Shown in pieces: positions 1 to 11,669 of a DNA stretch of 64,000 bases; position 1 is the stretch's first letter, and the number at the start of each line of letters is the position of its first letter. The stretch comes from Blastocatellia bacterium (lineage in GTDB: Bacteria > Acidobacteriota > Blastocatellia > Pyrinomonadales > Pyrinomonadaceae), in contig CAVVIS010000006.1 in the NCBI GenBank assembly GCA_963748345.1, positions 158,908 through 222,907 on the forward strand, written 5' to 3'. Position numbers and translations under genes: made by a program. Under the pieces are notes generated by a model. The model was not told where the DNA came from and searched no databases. It worked only from the letters and a program-made list of their open reading frames with translations.

Positions 1-207
1 CAGCGGCGCCGATTCGCCCTCCTGAATCAAAATCTTGCGCAGCACTCCGTTGCCGAGTGCCTGCATTTCCATCGTGGCTTTGTCGGTATCGATTTCGGCG
101 AGCGGTTCGCCCATCGACACCTTGTCGCCCTCTTTCTTCAGCCAGCGAGAAAGTTGGCCCTCTTCCATCGTCGGCGAGAGCTTGGGCATGATTACCTGAG
201 TTGCCAT
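1..207 (-). CDS. 2-oxoacid (pyruvate) dehydrogenase E2 dihydrolipoamide acyltransferase, N-terminal lipoyl domain only; the rest lies outside the window
   Basis: Minus-strand translation from the ATG at 207 gives [69 protein letters not shown]. This is a lipoyl domain with the DKA lipoylation motif. It lies directly downstream of the E1 alpha/beta genes. Confidence 0.85.
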   Translation of the reverse strand, partial: MATQVIMPKLSPTMEEGQLSRWLKKEGDKVSMGEPLAEIDTDKATMEMQALGNGVLRKILIQEGESAPL

Positions 208-220
208 TCAAACCTCTTAG

Positions 221-346
221 AGTAAATAGTGAATCGTAAATCGTAAGGCGCCAGTGACGCTCAGTTTTTCGATATTGCGAAGTTTACCCAGTGAATTCTT
301 GTGACTACCGCTTTATCTATTTACGATTTACGATTCACTATTTACT
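221..346. repeat. Perfect 26-bp inverted repeat with 74-nt spacer between E2 and pdhB
   Basis: AGTAAATAGTGAATCGTAAATCGTAA (221..246) and its exact reverse complement TTACGATTTACGATTCACTATTTACT (321..346). Confidence 0.9.
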
Positions 347-351
347 AGTCA

Positions 352-1338
352 CTAGTCCAGATACGAAACTTCACGAACCGCCGCCACGATCTGATCCACA
401 GTTGGAATTGCCAGTTCCTCAAGATTCTTTGCGTAGGGCATCGGCACATCCGCGCCGGAAACCCGCTTGACCGGAGCGTCGAGATAGTCAAAGGCCCGCT
501 CATTAATCTCCTGGCTGATCTCACGCCGCGACCCCGCAGAACGGATGCGACTCTTCCGCAACCACCACGCGGTTAGTTTTCTTTACTGACTCAACAATCG
601 TTTTGATGTCGAGCGGTCGAATCGTTCTGGGGATCGATAACTTCGCAGGAGACGCCCTGCTTCTCCAAAATGTCCGCCGCCTTCAGCGCGACCGGCACCA
701 TCAACGAACGAGCAACGATCGTGCATCCGTTCCTTCGCCGCTTAATGTCCGCAACGCCGAGCGGAATGGTGAAGTCCGGATCGTCCGGCACTTCGCCTTT
801 GTTGCCGTACATCCGCTCCTGCTCAATAAAAATCACCGGATCGTCGTCACGAATAGACGACTTCAAAAGACCTTTCGCATCGGCCGGCGTGGACGGCATC
901 ACCACTTTCAGGCCGGGGAAGTAGGCAAACCACGATTCGAGCGCCTGCGAATGCTGCGAAGAAACCTGAAACGCGGAGCCGCCGGGACCGCGAAAGACGA
1001 TCGGGATATTAAACTGGCCGCCCGACATGTAGAGCATCTTGGCGGCCGAGTTAATCATTTGATCGGTGGCAAGAATCGAAAAGTTGAAAGTCATGAACTC
1101 GACGATTGGCCGAAGTCCAACCATCGCGGCGCCGACGCCGAGACCCGCAAAGCCCAAGCTCGGTGATGGGAGTATCGATGACGCGCTTTGGACCAAGCTC
1201 CTCGAGCAAGCCCTTCGTAACCTTGTACGCGCCCTGATACTCGCCGACTTCTTCGCCCATCAGGAACACGTTCTCATCGCGAAGCATCTCCTCACGTAGA
1301 GCTTGATTGAGCGCTTCGCGCATGGTTACTACGGCCAT
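352..1338 (-). CDS. pdhB: Pyruvate dehydrogenase E1 component beta subunit; reading frame interrupted twice
   Basis: ORF pieces 1051..1338, 591..1196 and 352..561 join into one full-length E1 beta ([18 protein letters not shown]...IDTPITE / [25 protein letters not shown]...FRGPGG / ...[16 protein letters not shown]). The junction near 1153-1155 is repaired by removing one base from a 3-nt C/G run. Confidence 0.85.
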
Positions 1339-1364
1339 CTACTGTTTCCTCTTCTAACTCGCCT

Positions 1365-1452
1365 GAATATTTGAGATCTCAAATCTGCGATCTTAAATTT
1401 GAAATTTGAAATCTTTGATCTCAAAGCTCAGATTTCAAATCTCAGACTTCAA
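1365..1452. repeat. AT-rich palindromic word repeat between pdhB and pdhA
   Basis: ATTTGAGATCTCAAATCTGCGATC... GATCTCAAAGCTCAGATTTCAAATCTCAG. A related unit, GATTTGAGATCTCAAATGTGAGATCG, lies at 24199..24231. Confidence 0.7.
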
Positions 1453-2585
1453 TCGGGTTGGCGTAAATATCCGTGTATAACTCTTTCGGATCCGGCAGCG
1501 GGCTTTCTTCTGCAAAGCGAACAGACGCCTCAACTTGTTCCTTCACTTCCGCTTCAATCTTTTGGAACTCAGCATCCGACAACACGCCTTCTTCTTTCAG
1601 ACTTGCAGAGAAGAGCTTGATCGGATCGCGTTCCTGGTGGCGTTCAATCTCGGCGCGCGTGCGGTAGTTGCCGGGGTCAGACATCGAGTGGCCCATGAAA
1701 CGATAGGTGCGAACTTCGAGCAGCGTCGGCAGGTAATCTCTTACGAGCACGTGCAACCGCTCTGAGCGTCGCTTCACGCACCGCCAGCACGTCCATGCCG
1801 TCGACAAACTCCGAAGCAATGTCGTACGCGCACGCTTTCTGCGAAATGTCGTGCGACGACATCGCACGTGCCAGCGAAGTACCCATGCCGTATTGATTGT
1901 TTTCGCAAATGTAAATGCAGGGAAGTTTCCAAAGCTGGGCCATGTTCAGAGACTCATGAAACGCTCCCTGGTTGACCGCGGCTTCGCCAAAGTAACAGAG
2001 CGTCACCTGATCCGTGCCTTTGTATTTCGAAGCGAAAGCAACCCCGGTAGCTAAAGGAATCTGCCCGCCGACGATCGCATGGCCGCCCAGGAAATTCACT
2101 TCCTTGTCGAACATGTGCATCGACCCGCCCTTGCCCTTCGAGCAACCTGTGGCTTTGCCGTACAGTTCGGCCATCACGGACTCGGGCGTCATCCCTTTGG
2201 CAATCGCGTGCGCGTGCTCGCGGTAGCTGGTTAGAACGTAATCGTCTTTGCGAATCGCGGAGATGGAGCCGATGGCCACGGCTTCCTGGCCGATGTAAAG
2301 ATGACAAAAGCCGCCGATTTTTCCGGCGCTGTAGATTTCCGCAGACTTCTCTTCGAAGCGACGGCAGAGGAGCATCTGCGTGTAGATGTCGATGAGCGTC
2401 TCGCGATCGATATCAGCGAGCCGACTCTTCTGCGCTTCCTTCACGGCTTCGCCATGCTCACGAAGGCTCTGCGTGTCGGTGGCCTCAGGATTTTCCTGCT
2501 CCATGACGCCGGTCCCACGCGCTTCCTCAACACCGCGGGCCGACTCCGGCGCACGTTTTTTCATCTCGTAGTTTGACTTTGCCAA
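1442..2585 (-). CDS. pdhA: Pyruvate dehydrogenase E1 component alpha subunit (TPP-dependent); reading frame interrupted once
   Basis: Pieces 1677..2585 and 1442..1867 carry GGFCHLYIGQEAVAIG, GKGGSMH, YICENNQYGMGT, then YRFMGHSMSDPGNYRT in the second frame. Confidence 0.85.
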
Positions 2586-2709
2586 TGCCGCCGCTTTCGA
2601 CTAATGAACCGCCATGACGGCGGCTCTAGTGAATGAAAATCGAATTTTGTCGTTGACTGATTGTCGAGTCGGATTATACGCGAGGTTTGCGATGAGGTGC
2701 AAAACGGAG

Positions 2710-2799
2710 CAGTGATCAGTAGCCAGTGGTCAGTGGCCAGCTCAGAGCAGACTGCTCACTGCCACGAACTGGCCACTGATCACTGACCACTGGTCACTG
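2710..2799. repeat. CAGTGATCAGTGGCCAG-word palindrome upstream of pdhA
   Basis: CAGTGATCAGTAGCCAGTGGTCAGTGGCCAG ... CTGGCCACTGATCACTGACCACTGGTCACTG. Confidence 0.8.
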
Positions 2800-2801
2800 T
2801 C

Positions 2802-5347
2802 TTATCTGAATGCGTCGAGTGTCGTGACGGGACTATTGGCGAGTGTGATAACGGTCTTGCGTGAGTGTTTGTTGCTTTGCATCTTGCGCGCGGCGGCGGT
2901 CAGCAGTTCTTCGGTTGTGTCGCCTTCGTCGGGGAAGCAAGCAACGCCCAGGCTCAAACCTAACGCGACGACCTTGCCGGCTCGTACGGCGAAGTGTTGC
3001 GACTCGACCGCGTTTCTGATTCTTTCGCCGATGGCGGCGGCCATGTTCGTCGAGGCCATCGGCATGATCGCCACGAATTCGTCGCCCGCATAACGCGTCA
3101 GAATGTCCATCTGCCGCAGCTCTTTTCTAATTACCGCGGCGACAGCTCGCCAGCACGCGATCGCCGATGGCGTGTCCATACTGATCGTTGATGGCCTTGA
3201 AGTCGTCAACATCCATGCTCAGCACGGCCAGGGATTCGTTGCTCATGCGCTGGCATTCGGCGATTCGTTGCTCGAGCATCATGTAGAACCCGCGAGCGTT
3301 GGGCAGGTCCGTGAGCGGATCGATGAGCGCACTTTCTTTCGTCTTCTCAAAAGTCAGGGCATTGTTGAGAGCGCTGGACGCATGCTGGCAAACAGATTCG
3401 AGCAGGCGCACGTGTTCCGTGGTGTAAGAAGTCCTGCTCTTGGAGTAAAGCGTAAGCGCGCCAAAAGCACCGTCTTCGCGCAAGCAACGGGGAGACGAGC
3501 ACGCCGCGATAGTTGCGCGCCACATCTTCCGGGACGCCGACGAGATCGAGTTCGGGCGAAGCGTTACACATCGATCGCGCGTTCGCGATGACCCAGCCGG
3601 TAATGCCGTCGCCGACGTTCATGCGCCGGTGGCTGAAGATTTCGGCGTCTTCGCCGGCAACGTGCGCCGCCATGGCTTTTCCGGACTTTTCATCAACTAC
3701 AAAAATGATGCAAGTGTCGAAAGGCACGATCGCGCGCAGCTTGTTGGAGACGAGGCTGACAGTGTCGTTTAGATTCAGCGACGACCCAATCGTCTGAGCG
3801 ATCTCGTGAAGGGCAAACACTTCGCGCTGGGCTTCCGTGATCGATCTGAAACCGGCGTCGTTGTCGCCGGGTGTGCCGATGATGCTCGACGCTAAGCCGG
3901 CGTCGGGTTTTGTGCTCGTTTGATAGTCGTGCGTGGCTACTTCCGACTCGACCTGCTCCTGAATGTCTTCCGCCGCGATCAGTCGATCGAATTCCTCCAC
4001 CTGGTCGATGAACTTGTCGATGACGCGCGGATCGAAAGCACTCCCGGCCATGCTTCTTAATAACGACAGCGAATCTTCACGCTTCATTCCTTTGCGATAC
4101 GGCCGATCGCAACGAGTGGCGTCATAGAAATCAACGACTGAAATGATTCTCGCCACGAGCGGAATGCCTTCGCCTTTGAGCCCCTTCGGGTAACCGCTGC
4201 CATCCCATTTCTCGTGGTGGTAACGAACGATGTCTTCGACCGGGTAAGGGAAGTTAACGCGCTTGAGGATGTCGCCACCAACCGTCGGATGGATCTTCAT
4301 CTTCGCGAATTCGGCTTCGGTTAGTTTGCCGGGTTTGTTGAGAATGTATTCGGGCACCGCGAGCTTGCCGATGTCATGCAGCAAAGCGCCGGCAAAAAGT
4401 GCCTGCACTTCTTTCTCGCCCAACTGAAAAAGCCTGCCCATCTCTGAAGCGTAAATTTGCGTGCGACGAACGTGGCCGTGAGTTGTCTGGTCCTTCGCGT
4501 CGATTGCAATCGCCAGCGACTCGATGGTGTTCATGTGAATGGTCGCCATCTCTTCCACGTGGCGGCGTTGGTCGGCTTCGGCGCGACGAACTTCAGTCAG
4601 ACGTTTCTCGTTGAAGCGGTAGAGCAGGTGAACGAGGCCGGTGATCAGCAGGCCCAGCAGAATAAACGGAACGCCCGCGCCATGCAGCGCCGAGTAAAAC
4701 AGAACCGCCGAGGCCGCGCCGGCGACCTGAGTCGTCAGCGTCCACACGATGCTTTCCTGTGAAGGAAGCAGGCGCGGTTTGCCGTCAACAAGGTTGAGAA
4801 AATAAACCGTGGTCAGCGTGCTCAGGAAGTATTGCAGAATCGCCAGCACGCAAAGCGGCACCAGCAGGACGTTGACCGGAAGACCCTGACCGCTGGCGCG
4901 GGCAACGTCGTTCACGAACACGCTCGCCAGAAAGCCGTAGCACGAGGCGGAAACGAACGTAGAGATGATCGCGATTGCAGTTGTCGTGATCGACTCCCTG
5001 CGGCTGGTCAAACCATAGGTCGAGACGAAGCCGACGATGGCGGCCAGCAGCGTGGCCGGTCCGGCAGTGTCGGCAGGTGGCACGGCGTAGAGAATCACCG
5101 CGAGGAAAATGAATGCGTCGGCCAGGGATTTTCGGCTCTGGCTCACGCCCACCGTCGTGGTGATGGAAACCGTGAACCGGCTGGCGGCGAGCGTGAGAAC
5201 CAGCAACACCAGCCAGGACAAGAGCCCGGCGCTGGTCAGGAGCGGCAACTGGACAGTCGAAATCAGGGCCGAGCACAGCAGCAATGAGCCGAGGGCTGAA
5301 ATGCTGATCAAGAGGACTGTGCTTTTCAAATTTCGTTTGGTGCTCAT
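2802..5347 (-). CDS. Multidomain c-di-GMP signalling protein: N-terminal polytopic membrane region, HD-GYP, GAF, GGDEF; two frame interruptions
   Basis: Pieces 3347..5347, 3127..3525 and 2802..3212. The HD-GYP domain shows HDIGKLAVPEYIL...HHEKWDGSGYPKG. A GAF-like segment follows (IGSSLNLNDTV...GDGITGWV). The GGDEF domain shows DPLTDLPNARGF...DVDDFKAINDQYGHAIGD...RYAGDEFVAI. Confidence 0.8.
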
Positions 5348-5551
5348 GTTTGAAATCCTTGCGCAGACCCACGGCGCGTGCGGAAACCAGCTTGGTTTGG
5401 GACGAGATTGAGAACTCTCGAATTAGCAGGAAAGTTTTGAATGAAGTGCGGCTGGGTATCAGCCGTCGTTGGCCGTGTGCCAACTATGTTGGGCACAGGT
5501 AAAGATAACCTTTTCAGCAGCTTGCGTCAAGAAGCTTGTCCAACAGATCCC

Positions 5552-5660
5552 AATTTCAAATCTCTGCGTGCTCTGCGTCTCTGCGGTGAGTTGGTTTGCA
5601 GGCCGATATTAACCGTCGAGGCGCAGGCACGCCGAGTCCACGCAGAGAAAACTTCAAATT
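5552..5660. repeat. Family D hairpin element, copy D1
   Basis: AATTTCAAATCTCTGCGTGCTCTGCGTCTCTGCGGTGAG ... AACCGTCGAGGCGCAGGCACGCCGAGTCCACGCAGAGAAAACTTCAAATT. Confidence 0.85.
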
Positions 5661-5663
5661 AGC

Positions 5664-7743
<2,080 letters not shown>

Positions 7744-7824
7744 TAATAGGTCTCAACTTTTTTGATTTTCTTCATTCTACAGTTTCGGTGGGTGATGAGC
7801 GAAACAGGTGAAGTGAGCAAAGAC

Positions 7825-7957
7825 AGCGGGGGCAAGCCCCTTCCTGACCTGAGAGGTTCACAGAGTTGTTGGTTGAACCAACACTGAAGGCCTTTCAGTC
7901 AAGAATCAGAACTCGACTTCAATCAGCTCGGGGTCAGGAAGGGGGCTTGCCCCCGCT
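7825..7957. repeat. Family A palindromic MITE-like element, copy A1 (inverted relative to A2/A6)
   Basis: The termini are AGCGGGGGCAAGCCCCTTCCTGACC ... GGTCAGGAAGGGGGCTTGCCCCCGCT. The core is related to the other copies in reverse orientation. Confidence 0.85.
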
Positions 7958-7965
7958 TCCGTCTC

Positions 7966-8014
7966 GCAAACTAAACCGGGGCGCCCGCGTGGGGTAGTAG
8001 CAGTTTGCGTTACT
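7966..8014. repeat. Intergenic relative of the mutS-internal element
   Basis: TCGCAAACTAAACCGGGGCGCCCGCGTGGGGTAGTAGCAGTTTGCGTTACTG shares the CGCAAACT...AGTTTGCGTTAC termini. Confidence 0.65.
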
Positions 8015-8028
8015 GAGTCAGCCATCGA

Positions 8029-10377
8029 TCAATCTTTGAACCAGTACGGAGTTTGCTTGGCCCAGGCACTATTCGGATAGCGCCGGTGCAGAAAATCGTA
8101 AGCGGCTTTCGACCACCGGCCGGTCTGTTTGTCGGTGCAACCGTAACGCGTCGTTTTCACCGCGAGGTGCAGCGCTTCCGGCACGCGTGGATCGCCCGGA
8201 TTCTTTGTCGCCCACGCCACCACCTCGCGAGCCAGATAATTCGGCGCTGCGCCAAACGTAGCGAGCGTTGCGTATTGCTTCTCAGCCGTAGCTCGTTGAA
8301 CTGCGGTCAGAAAAACTGGGATCCGATCTTCCCCAGACATTCCCGACGGCGACTTCTCTGACGAAGTCTCAGGAGTGGGAAACGCAGCCGTGCACCACCA
8401 GTTGTTGCGATAGGAATCCTGCTCGTCCAGAGGAATCTGTCGTCCCAGTCCGGTGTCGACTACGGGTTCGAGTCCCGGGAATTTCAGCCAGGCATAGATC
8501 GCCGCAAACTTCTTAGCCGCCGGATCGCGCGTGGTGGCGTAGGTGTCGAGAAGCGGAGTCAGTTCCGGAACCGCGGCTTTCAAGCGCGGGGTTAGCGCGG
8601 TTGCGGTGGCTGCGTCGCCGAGCAGCACGGCTCGAAGCCAAACCGCCTGAGTCACATCGCGACGCAGGTGATCGGGCAGTGCATCGCTGCCGGGAATTTG
8701 ACTGAGGACCGCCAGCGGCACCTTGCGATTAAGAATTTCGCCCGCGTCAGAATCGAATTGAGTTTTGCCCTGGAGCTGTTTCAGCTCATCTGATACTTCT
8801 GCGTCGTTGACCGGAATTTGCCGGCCGTCCTCATCCCAAGTCAATCCGGCGGGTATTCTTTGAGCATGAGCGAGGAAGTCGTCGAGATTCTGCGCGACGA
8901 ACATGCGTTGTCGTTCCAGCAGGTTCAGAGAAGATCGAGTGAAACGTGACCGATGTTTGTTGAGCAAGTCGTCGAGTTTTGTACGAGCTTCAGCAGGTCG
9001 CCCGAGGTCCAAACGAATGTTATGAAATGACGCGGAGGCGAACGCGGGCGACGCCGGCGAAATGTTTCCTGCAGCCTGCCGCAAAGCAGCGGCCTTTGGA
9101 TGTTGTGAGTCAACTTTCGAGAGCGCCGCGATGAGCCAGGGGACTGAGGAAGTTGCCTGCCAGCGAGCTAAGGCATGTTCGAGCGCTTCTGCCTTGTCGG
9201 ATTGGAAAGTGACGATCCAATCAGTCAAGTCGTCGTTGGAGACATCATCCGGTGATGAATGCGCACGATAGGCTGACGGCCTGCCAGCATTCGTCGATCG
9301 CGCTGTCTTCAATTGTTGATGATGAGCGTCTTCGTCGCCAATCGTTTGATCCAACAGGACCGTGTAATCCCACAGCTCCTGCTTCAAGTCTGGCAGCTGC
9401 GCCTTCTTCGCCAACGAGATTCCCAGTTCATGCAATCTCTCTTCGGGATGGAGGCGCAGGCGCACAAGACTCAGCAGTCGTTCAGCATCGGCGTGCGACG
9501 ATTTCAGTTCTGTGTTTCCGATGATTTGATTCAGACGCTTCTCCGATTCGACAAGCGCCTCTTTCTTTGTTTCCTCCGGTCCCAGACTGGCCTTGCGCAA
9601 GAGCGTGCGAGCCGCCAGGTAAGGAGCCGTGGCGCGCCACGGTGAATTCGCGTCTGCAGCGATCGATTCGAAAAGCGTCAGCGCCGCGTCAAAATTTCCA
9701 GCATAGAAATTCGCGGCTGCGATCTGATACTGGCGGTCAGCACGCAGCAGCGCGTTCGCATCGGCGGGCAATACGTCCGGGATATGTTGCCCTTCTGAGC
9801 AATTCGCAAATACCTGATCCTGCGCCTCAACCCAGTCCTTCACCCCTTGGTTCTCGGCGCCAACCTTCTTTATCTTCGCTTCGAGCGTCGTCGCGGCGTT
9901 TTCAAAAGCACCCTGCTGACAGTTCAAGTAGCTTTCGAACTGGTTCGGCTTTTCCCGCGATCGGTAAACATCGATCTTCGGCGGCGTGCTTGCCCACACG
10001 GGAACTCTCTGCCGCACGTCGAGCCACGTCTGCACGGAGTTTTCAGCTTCCGGCGTCCACCTCAAGTCCAATCGGTCGCGCCAAAGCTCCACGAGCGCCT
10101 GCTGTTCGGTTGAGTTGAAACTCGCGCCGCTTAGATAGCGGTAGGCGACGACGAGGTAAGAACGCGCATACGACGGCTGGGCCACGCCGATTTCGCCGCG
10201 CGCAAAATTTTCGAGCGGGTATTCAGGGTGAACTGTGAACACAAACACCGAGCTGAGCGAAAACGGACCACAAGCGAAAGACAACTGCGGCTGAATCAGC
10301 ATCGTTACTAACAAGCCGATCGCCAAAGTAGATCGAAGAAGATTACGGCCGAACTCCGGTTTCATTTTGGGTGTCAT
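8029..10377 (-). CDS. Hypothetical exported protein (about 780 aa)
   Basis: Long intact ORF. The start is placed at MTPKMKPEFGRNLLRSTLAIGLLVTMLIQPQLSFA (signal-peptide-like), because the annotated upstream extension runs into repeat A2. No family recognised. Confidence 0.55.
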   Translation of the reverse strand: MTPKMKPEFGRNLLRSTLAIGLLVTMLIQPQLSFACGPFSLSSVFVFTVHPEYPLENFARGEIGVAQPSYARSYLVVAYRYLSGASFNSTEQQALVELWRDRLDLRWTPEAENSVQTWLDVRQRVPVWASTPPKIDVYRSREKPNQFESYLNCQQGAFENAATTLEAKIKKVGAENQGVKDWVEAQDQVFANCSEGQHIPDVLPADANALLRADRQYQIAAANFYAGNFDAALTLFESIAADANSPWRATAPYLAARTLLRKASLGPEETKKEALVESEKRLNQIIGNTELKSSHADAERLLSLVRLRLHPEERLHELGISLAKKAQLPDLKQELWDYTVLLDQTIGDEDAHHQQLKTARSTNAGRPSAYRAHSSPDDVSNDDLTDWIVTFQSDKAEALEHALARWQATSSVPWLIAALSKVDSQHPKAAALRQAAGNISPASPAFASASFHNIRLDLGRPAEARTKLDDLLNKHRSRFTRSSLNLLERQRMFVAQNLDDFLAHAQRIPAGLTWDEDGRQIPVNDAEVSDELKQLQGKTQFDSDAGEILNRKVPLAVLSQIPGSDALPDHLRRDVTQAVWLRAVLLGDAATATALTPRLKAAVPELTPLLDTYATTRDPAAKKFAAIYAWLKFPGLEPVVDTGLGRQIPLDEQDSYRNNWWCTAAFPTPETSSEKSPSGMSGEDRIPVFLTAVQRATAEKQYATLATFGAAPNYLAREVVAWATKNPGDPRVPEALHLAVKTTRYGCTDKQTGRWSKAAYDFLHRRYPNSAWAKQTPYWFKD

Positions 10378-10440
10378 TTGGTTTTCCAACTTTGTCTGGC
10401 TTGGCTTTGCACAAAGAGTGTTTCCACTACGTATTAAGAT

Positions 10441-10575
10441 CGGGGGCAAGCCCGCCTTCCCGACCCCGAGCTGCTTTAAAGTCGAGGTGCGATCTCAGGG
10501 GCCATGGCTTTCAACGTGAAGGCCTCGAGTAAGTCTCGGAGTCTCGGGGTCAGGAAGGTGGGCTTGCCCCCGCTC
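10441..10575. repeat. Family A element, copy A2
   Basis: CGGGGGCAAGCCCGCCTTCCCGACC ... GGTCAGGAAGGTGGGCTTGCCCCCGCTCT. It overlaps the 3' end of the 10476..11438 ORF. Confidence 0.85.
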
Positions 10576-11438
10576 TTCCTGTCTTTCTTGTGCCGAGTCG
10601 CCCGGATCTCGATTGTTTGTTTGACGGACGCGGGCGTCCACGATTCGGGATTGAAAACATAAACGCGTTCGCGCGGCAGCATTTCCTCAATCGGCTCATC
10701 GGTGGAAATTCCGGCGCTGCGTTGACAAGGCTTGGCGGTGAACTCGGCACCGGCAGCAAGTTGCGACAGAAACTGCTTTCGCTCAAGGCCCATGCGAAAC
10801 AACATCGGCACCGCCTCATCGACCGGCAAATCGTCGAGCCAGTTGTCACCTTTGCACCATGAAGCGAGCGCTGTCATCGAGAGCAAAGTTGACGGCGGCA
10901 GTTTGCCCCGCAGTTCGGTGAGCAAAGCGCGATAGAAGGCGCGCTCGGTCGTCGTGGCGTCGAAGTCTACCTGGACCATCATCACGTTCGGGAGACGACC
11001 AAGCTCAGCGATCGCCTCAGCCGCTTCTTTCCTTTGTTGCTCAGACAATGTCGGCTGCTCGGCGCGCCTTCCGTGAGACGTTGACTCGATGCGAGCAACG
11101 GCGATGACGCCCAAGCCCGCAGGAAGGACCAACGGCTGCAAACGTGGACGACCGACGATCCCGTCTCCTCGCAAATAAATTGTCTTCGCCAGAAATGCGA
11201 CTCCCGTTTTTTGCGGATCGAGGAAGTCGAGTCTCTCCGGTCTTTCCCACGCCCAGAGAATGACCGGCGGCAGTCGTGCGAGACGATCCGCGGACGCGAG
11301 AGATCTCGCTGACGCATGGGAACGCTCGCCGTTCGTTTGAAAACGAAAAGCCGCGAACGTGAGAAGGGCGACACCGGTCAGCGCGACGAGCGCGACGCGG
11401 ATGTGTTTGCGGGAAATGTTCAGCGAAGTTTTCAGCAT
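10476..11438 (-). CDS. Hypothetical membrane-anchored protein; its last ~35 codons lie inside repeat A2
   Basis: ORF with an N-terminal TM/signal segment (IRVALVALTGVALLTFAAF). The C-terminal ...KSGGKPTFLTPRLRDLLEAF... is translated from the palindromic repeat at 10441..10575. Confidence 0.5.
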   Translation of the reverse strand: MLKTSLNISRKHIRVALVALTGVALLTFAAFRFQTNGERSHASARSLASADRLARLPPVILWAWERPERLDFLDPQKTGVAFLAKTIYLRGDGIVGRPRLQPLVLPAGLGVIAVARIESTSHGRRAEQPTLSEQQRKEAAEAIAELGRLPNVMMVQVDFDATTTERAFYRALLTELRGKLPPSTLLSMTALASWCKGDNWLDDLPVDEAVPMLFRMGLERKQFLSQLAAGAEFTAKPCQRSAGISTDEPIEEMLPRERVYVFNPESWTPASVKQTIEIRATRHKKDRKSGGKPTFLTPRLRDLLEAFTLKAMAPEIAPRL

Positions 11439-11552
11439 GAGTTGCAGGCGACGCAGAGTTTACCTCAGCTCAACCTGGAAGTGTTCAACAAACTTCAGTT
11501 TTTCGCGCGCGGTTTGCTATACTTCAAAACTGAATGGCCATTCATTTCTCGT

Positions 11553-11650
11553 CTACCTGGGAGCGCGGACATCCTGTCCGCAAACGCGCGGAGCGCGAGC
11601 CGTGGTACTTAACAAACCGATGCGGGCAAGATGCCCGCGCTCCCAGGTAG
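11553..11650. repeat. Family B palindromic element, copy B1
   Basis: CTACCTGGGAGCGCGGACATCCTGTCCGCA ... TGCGGGCAAGATGCCCGCGCTCCCAGGTAG. Confidence 0.8.
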
Positions 11651-11669
11651 ACAAGAGTTTGAGGACTGA

